Source: Macrostomum lignano
Lineage: Eukaryota
DNA: 22,905 nucleotides
Direction: 5' to 3'
Assembly: GCA_002269645.1 (NCBI GenBank)
Contig: NIVC01004367.1
Span: 1-22,905 of the forward strand
Shown: positions 1 to 8,400 of the stretch, piece by piece
Numbering within the stretch: position 1 is the stretch's first letter
Layout of the letters: each line of letters begins with the position of its first letter
Translations under genes and position numbers: made by a program
The notes under the pieces: model-generated
Told to the model about the DNA's origin: nothing
What the model saw: only the letters and a program-made list of their open reading frames with translations
The model's database searches: none

Positions 1-339
1 ATAAACACTAGATAGGCCACTCCAGCTAATTTCACAACACGACAGTTTACTCTAACTTTCTGCTTAGTAGTAGTAAAAACATTTTAGCGTTATTTATATT
101 TTAAAAATAAAAAAACAGATGAATGCAATGCAGCAATTATATTGATTTTATTTGCAAAAAGAAACTTATAATTATACTTTCCACAATTCAAAGCAAACAT
201 TGTGAATGCTTTAGATTGCATTGAAGGCTATATTATTGCAGTCAACTATTGTATATTTAGCAAATACGAGCTATATCATATACTCCATAATCCATATTCG
301 TGTAGCAAAATAGAAAGATTTCTCATCTTAATCAGCTCA

Positions 340-1250
340 TCTGTTTGTGAAACTCGCAGCGTGCTGTCGAAGAACAGGGGTCGCCAGTCGCCCTTGTTCA
401 GAGGCAGCATTCAGCACGGCCCAACAGATAAAAAAACTGGCGAATGCGCCCTCTTCTAAGTCCAGGGATGTATCCGATGGAGAGCCAATCCTCAGTGGTT
501 TCGTAACAGGCAGCCGATAAGCAGCAGGACTTTTGTGGTGCAGCTGCAATGAGCTGCTGATGAGATGACATCCTTTGACCAGAGCACCCCTGACTGCGAG
601 CGCCCTGCCCCCAGTCGACCGCTGGAAGCTGCGCTAGCCACGCCTCAAAAGTCCATGGATGCACGACTGCGCTGCACTTGCCTTGACCATCGAGAGTTGC
701 TGCTGCAGCCGCTTGATTTGCCTGTCGCTTTCGGATTGCTGCTGCAGCCGCTTGATTCGCCTGTCACTTTCGGGATCGTTGCTGCAGCCGCTTGATCGTT
801 GGCCTCTAGCGCTTGGAACCCGCGAATCGGCTGCAGAGGTAGAGCTTTCAGCCGCAACAGCTGTTCTCGGCGCAGAATCTGGTAGCCGAAGGTTGCTCTG
901 CCACAGCACTGGCAGCAGGCAAGTCGCAGGCTCGGCTGCAGATAGATTGCTAATAGGCCCAGCACTGGAGGGTACATGTCGTCTGCCTCTTCATCGTTTA
1001 TCAGTCCTTTGCACAGAGCTGGTAGCTGGTCTATTTGAACGAGCCGAGGCAACATCAACTCTTGGTGTGGGATTGCGTCCCAGCGAAAACAGATGTCTTG
1101 CACATCCGTGGCACTTTGTAAGGCAGCAGTAGGCCTCGTCCATAAAGTGCAAGCTGAACACACGTAGGCCCGTGATTTAATTGTTTATAAAGGTCAATAT
1201 CCACGCTCCTGCAGTAGCTGCTGCCAGCGCTTCGCCAGTGTCATCTTTTG
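340..1250 (-). pseudogene. Decayed coding sequence of unknown family inside the TIR element
   Basis: GC-rich island with overlapping minus-strand ORFs (645-1163, 634-909, 398-664, 337-549). The 645-1163 frame extends upstream as MTLAKRWQQLLQERGY*PL*TIKSRAYVCSAC, where the TGA and TAA stops could be C-to-T products of CGA and CAA. It has Cys clusters (VCSAC, LACCQCCG) and a coiled-coil-like IKRLQQQ repeat. No family recognised. Confidence 0.35.
697..798. repeat. 39-bp tandem repeat, about 2.6 copies
   Basis: ttgctgctgcagccgcttgatt(t/c)gcctgtc(g/a)ctttcgg at 697 and 736, with a partial copy at 776. It reads as DRQIKRLQQQSES-like 13-aa repeats on the minus strand. Confidence 0.9.
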
Positions 1251-1944
1251 GTAATTTATGCATTCGCAAACGGATTGTTCTTTCTCGGATGTTAATAGCA
1301 CTAGTACAGAGCTCGTGCAAGTGGAGCACAGCAGTGGTTCGAATCAAAACATTTCTCGAGTACGAGATTAGATAGAAAAGCTAGTATGCACTCGAACTTT
1401 CTTTAACTCTGAATCTTGTCCTGTTCATCTATATATAAGCTTGTATTTAAGCACGATTCGCCACCCCCAAATTTTCTAACCCACAACCTCTAAACCCCCA
1501 CCCCTAACCCAGGCTAGCTATGTGCAGTCCTTTATTTTCTATCCCACCACCAGTGGGCCTAAATTATCGATCCACTCACCCTGCCTTATACGAAACTGAT
1601 ATTAACCCTATTCCAGACTACCCCCCTTCCTCCACTTGAAAGATAGCGGCATTGTACACTGTCTGTCGCGTCTTAATGTACACCATTACTGCACAAAACA
1701 AGTTAGTTGTTTGTGGCGTTAGCAAAACGATGTCTCAAAAACAGTCACTTGATTTGTCTAATTTAGCAAATAATACTGTTGCTTCCTTTCATTGCTACTA
1801 AGCAGAAAGTAGAATAAAAAACTTGCCCAGAAAATTAGCCTGAGTGGCCTATCTGGTGTTTATAGTATCTGTGGGGAGAGTAAAGCTGAAAGAAGGCAGA
1901 CGCGATGTTTACAAGCAAAATTTCGCACTCTGCAAAAATCGCAG

Positions 1945-2217
1945 GTAAATGGAATCTACGAGGTGCCAGCCAATCCGGTGGACGGCAGCGAGATAAACCT
2001 GGTGCTGTTCACCAGCCCGACGGAGACGCGGATTCCGCTACGCTGGTACCACCGGGAAACCTATCGGACTGCGCTGCTGGATGCGGGCTTTGAGGCCTCG
2101 AAACTGCGGCTGGAGAAACCGGAAGTGTCGCCAGCCGGCCAGGCCATGTTCGAGCCGGGCTTCTGGGACAGCATCGTGGGCCAACCGGCCGCACTGCTGA
2201 TGAATGCCACCAAGTGA
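1945..2217 (+). CDS. Terminal coding exon of a putative class I SAM-dependent methyltransferase-like gene (upstream exons not found in the window)
   Basis: Acceptor tcgcag|GTA at 1942-1944, a GC-rich codon-like stretch in AT-rich flanks, and stop TGA at 2215-2217. Translation: VNGIYEVPANPVDGSEINLVLFTSPTETRIPLRWYHRETYRTALLDAGFEASKLRLEKPEVSPAGQAMFEPGFWDSIVGQPAALLMNATK. The ETYxxALxxAGF...PEVSPxG...FW pattern resembles, from memory, the C-terminal half of ToxA-like methyltransferases. The SAM-binding motif I is not in the window. Confidence 0.6.
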   Translation, partial: VNGIYEVPANPVDGSEINLVLFTSPTETRIPLRWYHRETYRTALLDAGFEASKLRLEKPEVSPAGQAMFEPGFWDSIVGQPAALLMNATK

Positions 2218-2363
2218 TGAAAGGAATTGTTATGAGCATATACCAAGGACTACAAGGACGCGTTGCCCTCGAAAAGTGGTAGAGATTTAAGCCTAACCGG
2301 TTTTATTAGCCAAGATTAGTCCCTACTGGGGTGAATGGAAATAAGAACTGGTTTCTAAAAATA

Positions 2364-3668
2364 CGAGGGATACTCCAAAAGTTTTGCAATTCAACCACTT
2401 GCGCAAGTCGCACAATCTTCAAAACCAACTCTCTGTACAATAAACATGTACATAGTCACCACCTCAATTTTCAAGTTAATTCATACATATACGCCTGCTC
2501 AGCCCCCAGTCAAAGTCAGAGACTCCTTAACTGTACAGCTGCAGCCATGGAATTGAATCGTGAGCAGAATCGGCTACTAATTTGGTACTGCCACAAGCGA
2601 AAGCTCACGGCGCTTGAGACTCATGCCGAGCTACTGGCAACATTGGAGGCTCAAGCGCCGTCATATGCTACGGTTACACGCTGGTACGCGAGTTCCAGGC
2701 CGGCAGGACCAGCTTTTCTGACGACCCCCGGCCCGGGAGACCTCCGACAGCAGTGACGGAGGAAAACATCGTTGCAGTGCAGGAGCTGATTCATCAGGAT
2801 CCGCGAATCACCACGGACATGCTAGCTATGAATGTCGGCATTGGATCGGCAGCGGTCGATACGATTCTACACGATCACCTGAGAGTCAGGAAGCTTTGTG
2901 CCGATGGATACCCACATCCTGACAGATGCTCAAAAACAGGCCCGCATGGAGTTCTGTCAGTTTCTCATCGATCGATATGAGCACGGGAGCCATCAGCGCC
3001 GCTCTGAGGTCATCACTGGTGATGAGACGTTTCTGTATCATTTTGACGTCGAGACAAAGCGCAGCAGTGCAGAGTGGGTGCCGGAAGGTGGTCAACGACC
3101 CCTGAAAGCAAGGCGGTCCCGGTCCCAGGGCAAGCGGATGTTTGCCATCTTCTTCGACTCACAAGGCGTGGTGGCGATGGTGAAGCTGGAGGGTCAAGCT
3201 ACAGTCACTGCTCGATGGTACACTGAAGAGTGCTTGCCAGTCGTGATCGACAGCGTGACCCAGAGGGCGCCAAGGACGGGAATGCGAGGGCGGAAGCTTC
3301 ACCATGACAACGCCCCCGCCCACACGGCTGCTGCAACTCGAGCGTTCCTGGACCAAGAGGGCATTTCAACGCTACCACACCCGGCCTACTCACCAGACCT
3401 CGCCCCCTGCGACTTCTGGCTCTTTCCAGAAATCAAAAAGTCGCTTAGGGGGCGCAGGTTTCAGTCCGACGAGGAGCTGGAGCAGGCGGCGAAGGAGGCG
3501 ATTGACGGCATCCCAATTGAAGACTTCCAGGGCTTGATGAACAAGTGGCTCGGACGAGCGCACAAGTGTTTGCAGTTCCGGGGAGCCTACTTTGAAGGAT
3601 TGTAATAGAAAAGTTTGGCAAAATTAACTTTAAATAGTCGAATTGCAAAACTTTTAGAGTATCCCTCG
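2364..3668 (+). mobile_element. Full-length mariner (Tc1/mariner, DD34D) DNA transposon, 1305 bp
   Basis: 29-bp TIRs at 2364-2392 (cgagggatactccaaaagttttgcaattc) and 3640-3668 with 1 mismatch. TA target duplication at 2362-2363 and 3669-3670. Internal transposase gene. Confidence 0.97.
2547..3605 (+). pseudogene. Mariner transposase, about 353 aa after repairing three 1-nt deletions (possibly assembly errors)
   Basis: ATG at 2547 (MELNREQNRLLIWYCHK, HTH region). WIPHIL (WVPHEL-like) motif at about 2905. Catalytic ITGDET, HHDNA and YSPDLAPCD with exactly 34 residues between D2 and D3. Frameshifts near 2688 and 2900-2915. No in-frame stops after repair. Confidence 0.92.
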
Positions 3669-4438
3669 TAGCAACCAGTCATACCGTCAGCCAATGAAAT
3701 TTATTGGCTCGCCAGTCTCGGGGGTAGAATGGATCGGAAAAATGGTTTCTAAAAATAGCAACCTACCAGCTGATGAAATTTGTACGCCCGATTCCCATCT
3801 AAAGTGCCGGCGTTCTAAGGAGTTCTAGCTTAAGAAACCCATTCTGTGATACAACTTAGGCGTTATGATAACCCAAACGAAACCGCATGTCTATACATAC
3901 AGTACATGCATGTACACTACGAGCTTATACTCGTGGCCTGTCTTTATATGAAAAAAGGAATATTGAATACTTTTAATTGAACATCTTACTAAAGATCTTT
4001 GTGTCGTTATAACTAATTTACTCTTCTTCCCTGTAGAAGTTGTCTTAATCACCGAATGATCTCATCAAGCCCTTTATTATGACACCGTCGGACTGCTCAT
4101 AATTGGGTAAATAATCGGAATTTTTTGTTTGTACAAAACTCGGTGTTGTAAACAACCTTATCTATTTACCGCACCTGGTGTCAATACTGCATTGTTATGA
4201 TTTATTTCATTAGACTTATACTTAATATCTTAGCTCTCATTTAAATATTCCACTGCACTTTAATAACAAAGTACATAAAATGTACAAGGCTTCAATCTGA
4301 CGCTTTCCATTTCGCATTGGCTCTCCAAACATTTTTGTCAGTAGTTTTATTTATTACTGCTAATTCGTTTCTAAAAATATTTTTTATACTTTAATTCGAA
4401 AAAATAATAAATCTTAAAATAGCAGCAGCAGGCCGCGC

Positions 4439-4480
4439 CTTTTATACCCCTATAGCTTGTAGCTATCAATCTGATTGGCT
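4439..4480 (-). promoter_or_regulatory. TATA box plus CCAAT box, oriented leftwards
   Basis: The minus strand reads agCCAATcag (4471-4480), then about 25 nt, then gggTATAAAAGgcgcg (TATAAAAG at 4446-4439). No associated gene was identified. Confidence 0.35.
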
Positions 4481-4864
4481 GGCAGTGACTCGTGCTTTAA
4501 TCGCTGAAATAGTGCATGTACGTACAGTCGTAAACGTACTTTTTCAAGCTTTTGACTCACAAGCTGTAAAATTTCGCGAAGCCCAAATTTGAATTAAAAA
4601 GTGGCAGCTCGAACTGGCCCGCAAAATATCAACAAAAAACTGTTAAGTAAAACGAGGACTGTGTAGTTTTATTTACTACTTCATACGATACTACTTGCCA
4701 GTAGTTTAGTAAGTAGTGTAATAATGAGCACATTTATTAAACAGGATTATAGAGCAACTCAGCCGGAGAGACAAGAGTTTTAATTAGCAAAATTGTAATA
4801 ATTTGCAAAGTAGAACACACCGAACAGAATTAATTAATCGTATGAGACGCAAAATGCAGTATTT

Positions 4865-4870
4865 TTTATT
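4865..4870 (-). terminator. Candidate poly(A) signal for RPB2
   Basis: AATAAA on the minus strand about 325 nt downstream of the RPB2 stop codon. It was the first such hexamer I found. Confidence 0.4.
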
Positions 4871-5194
4871 AAAGATTTTTCACACGACAGTTTAAAGGTA
4901 TATGGGAGACGGTATTTCGATGCAGGAGTGTTTAGCAACGTCTAATAGATTTCTTTTCTAACCTTCAATTCAATTGTTCCCCTGGTGTTACTCCTATATT
5001 CAGGTAAACAGCAGGAGTAAATATGACTGCTTTTTAGTAGGCCAATGGATCGTCATCTAATTAGTGAAACTAATCGGGTGTAAAAACCTTTGTATACCCA
5101 CGAAACAAATGTTCCCACAATGGCGAACAAAAAATCGAAAAAAACCAGTCTCAACAAGATCAGTGAGTCAAGTTGATCGCAAGCAAGCACGAGG

Positions 5195-5483
5195 TCAGGT
5201 TGTGGTCATAAGCCTTGGCGCGATGCTCATACTCATGAGCTCCTGGAACAGCAGCTTGCAGGCGTACGGAATTGTCACCTGGCTAATTTGCGTCTTGTTG
5301 TGACAGCCGCGGCATTCGTAGGTTTTATTGCGCAAATTGGCTATGCAGATTAGGCCGCACAGGTTGCACACGTGCACCCGGTAGGGGTCGGACACCTGGA
5401 ACAGGCGCTCGCGCAGGAACTGCGCCGCACCGTGCGCAATTTGGCAGTCGCGCTCCATCTCGCCGAAACGGAGGCCGCCGTCT
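5195..5483 (-). CDS. POLR2B: RPB2 last coding exon
   Basis: Acceptor cttcgcgcag|A. Encodes [12 protein letters not shown]...[11 protein letters not shown], with stop TGA at 5197-5195. Confidence 0.98.
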
Positions 5484-8400
5484 CTGCGCGAAGGAGGGGG
5501 AATTTACTTGCTGAATGCTGCACATGCTACTCAGTGGGGGCTGGACTAAAAAAAACATACGGAAACTGCGCGAACTTTTAATGCAATTCGTGAGTTGGTT
5601 TGGCGGCGATTCTTTGGTTAGTTTGGGGGCGATTTTTCGGTTAGTTTGGGGGGCGATTCTTAGTTAGTTTGGGGGGCGATTCTTTGGTTAGTTTGGGGGC
5701 GATTCTTTGGTTAGTTTGGGGGCGACTTTTTGGGGCGATTCTTTGGTTAGTTTGGGGGCGATTTTTCGGTTAGTTTGGGGGGCGATTCTTAGTTAGTTTG
5801 GGGGGCGATTCTTTGGTTAGTTTGGGGGCGATTCTTAGTTAGTTTGGGGGGCGATTCTTTGGTTAGTTTGGGGGCGATTCTTTGGTTAGTTTGGGGGCGA
5901 CTTTTTGGGGCGATTCTTTGGTTAGTTTGGGGGCGATTTTTCGGTTAGTTTGGGGGGCGATTCTTAGTTAGTTTGGGGGCGATTCTTTGGTTAGTTTGGG
6001 GGCGATTCTTAGTTAGTTTGGGGGGCGATTCTTTGGTTAGTTTGGGGGCGATTCTTTGGTTAGTTTGGGGGCGACTTTTTGGGGCGATTCTTTGGTTAGT
6101 TTGGGGGCGATTTTTTGGTTAGTTTGGGGCGATTTTTGAGCTGTTTTCGGTGCGATTCTTAGGGTGGTTTAGATGATTCTTTTTGTTGTTTTGAAGGGCG
6201 ATTTTGATGTTGTTTTGAAAGCAATTCTTGTGGTGATTTGGGGCTTATGGGGTAATTCTTGGGTGCAATGGTGATTTTGGGCAGGTGATAAGCATTTTGT
6301 ACTTAAAGCGACTAAAGTGTGGCTTAAAGCTACAAGCGTATTGTCAGATAATTTTTAAGCTGACAACAGAGTTAAGTAACTCACCTGGACCGGCCCTCCA
6401 TAGGTTGCCTATTAAGAATCTGCACGGGGCCTCTAGCCCGGGAGTGAATCTTGTCGTCAACCATGTGCTTCAATCGCTGATAATAGGTTGGCCCGATAAA
6501 CACCTGCGCGTTGAGCTTCCGACCGGTGAAGCCGTTATACAGAATCTCATTGCCAGTCTGCTGGTAGCCGTACTCTTTCAGCATCTTGGAGATGCGGCGC
6601 ACGTTCACCGTGTCATTGAACGGCGTAGCGTCGCCAATTTCGCCTTTATTAGCGGACACCTTGCCCTGCAGGCACTCGATCAGATGGCCGACTGTCATAC
6701 GCGACGGGATAGCGTGCGGATTAATGATTATATCCGGGGTGATGCCTTCGCAGGTGAACGGCATGTCCTGCTGCTGCAGTCGAATGCCGCAGGTGCCTTT
6801 CTGGCCGTGACGGCTAGCGAATTTGTCGCCAATCTGCGGTATCTTTGTAGTGCGAATTCGCACCTTGCAGAATTTGTAGCCCTCGTTGTTAACCGTCAGC
6901 ATCACCTGGTCAACGATGCCGTACTCGGAGCGGCGCATGAACACCGAGGCGTCTCGCTTCGTGTAGCGGCTCTGCGTGCCCTCGAGCTGCGGGATTCACC
7001 GGGTTGGCTCGGATTGCCTCAGCTCACAGACTTCCCGGCTGAACTCGCTTCCCACATCCTGACCCCATCTCACTCTTCGACTCTTCCCCACCTATTCCCC
7101 AGCTCACTCTCAGACTTTTTCCAATTTCACTCTCAGACTCTTCCCCATCTCAGTCTCAGACTCTTCCCCATCTCACTCTCAGACTCTTCCCCATCTCAGT
7201 CTCAGACTCTTCCCCATCTCACTCTCAGACTCTTCCCCATCTCAGTCTCAGACTCTTCCTCATCTCACTCTCAGACTCTTCCCCATCTCAGTCTCAGACC
7301 CTTCCCCATCTCTCTCAGATTCTTCCCCATCTCAGTCTCAGACTCTTCCCCATCTCACTCTCAGACTCTTCCCCATCTCAGTCTCAGACTCTTCCCCATC
7401 TCTCTCAGACTCTTCCCCATCTCAGTCTCAGACTCTTCCCCATCTCTCTCAGACTCTTCCCCACCTATTCATCAGCTCACTCTCAGACTCTTTCCAATTT
7501 CACTTTCAGACTCTTCCCCATCACACTTTCAGACTCTTCCCCATCTCACTCCCAGACTCTTCCCCATCTCACTTTCAGACTCTTCCCCATCTCATTCTCA
7601 GACTCTTCCCCATCTCATTCTCAGACTCTTCCCCATCTCTCTCAGACTCTTCCCCATCTCACTCTCAGACTCTTCCCCATCTCACTCTCAGACTCTTCCC
7701 CATCTCAGTCTCAGAATCTTCCCCATCTCTCTCAGACTCTTCCCCATCTCAGTCTCAGACTCTTTTGCATCTCACTCTCAGACTCTTCCCCATCTCAGTC
7801 TCAGACTCTTCCCCATCTCTCTCAGACTCTTCCCCATCTCAGTCTCAGACTCTTCCCCATCTCTCTCAGACTCTTCCCCACCTATTCATCAGCTCACTCT
7901 CAGACTCTTTCCAATTTCACTCTCAGACTCTTCCCCATCTCACTTTCAGACTCTTCCCCATCACACTTTCAGACTCTTCCCCATCTCACTCCCAGACTCT
8001 TCCCCATCTCACTTTCAGACTCTTCCCCATCTCATTCTTAGACTCTTCCCCATCTCATTCTCAGACTCTTCCCCATCTCTCTCAGACTCTTCCCCATCTA
8101 TTCCCCAGCTCACTCTCAGACTCTTTTCCATCCATTCTCAGCCTCTTCCCAATCTCACTCTCGGACTTTTTTCCCATCCCATTGCCCAATGCCCATGTCA
8201 TCAAGAGGTCCGCTCACCTCGTCCTCATTCTCAGGCAGAGTGATTGTCTTCCCAATGAGCACGTCATCACCGGAGACGCGAACTCCCGGCGCAATGAGGC
8301 CGTCATCGTCCAGCTTGTCGTAGATGGCCTGGCGCATGCCCTGCACCTCGGTGCGCTGCGGCTTCTCGATGATCTCCTCCTGGTCGAGGCCGCGCTTGGA

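Larger units (their letters stand above)
1..1863. mobile_element. Probable TIR-bounded DNA element (left end probably just outside the window)
   Basis: The reverse complement of 1-70 (ctactaagcagaaagttagagtaaa...aaattagctggagtggcctatctagtgtttat) matches 1795-1863 (ctactaagcagaaagtagaataaaa...aaattagcctgagtggcctatctggtgtttat). The TSD and superfamily cannot be read because the left terminus is cut off. Confidence 0.55.

Noticed and set aside
5595-8175. G-quadruplex arrays from repeated G4-G6 runs
   Set aside because: The 16-19 nt loops make stable canonical G4s doubtful, and the G-rich strand differs between introns.
6285-8243. 652-aa plus-strand ORF
   Set aside because: It is the antisense of an RPB2 exon plus a pyrimidine-rich minisatellite that lacks stop triplets. 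The SQTLPHL repeats are an artefact.
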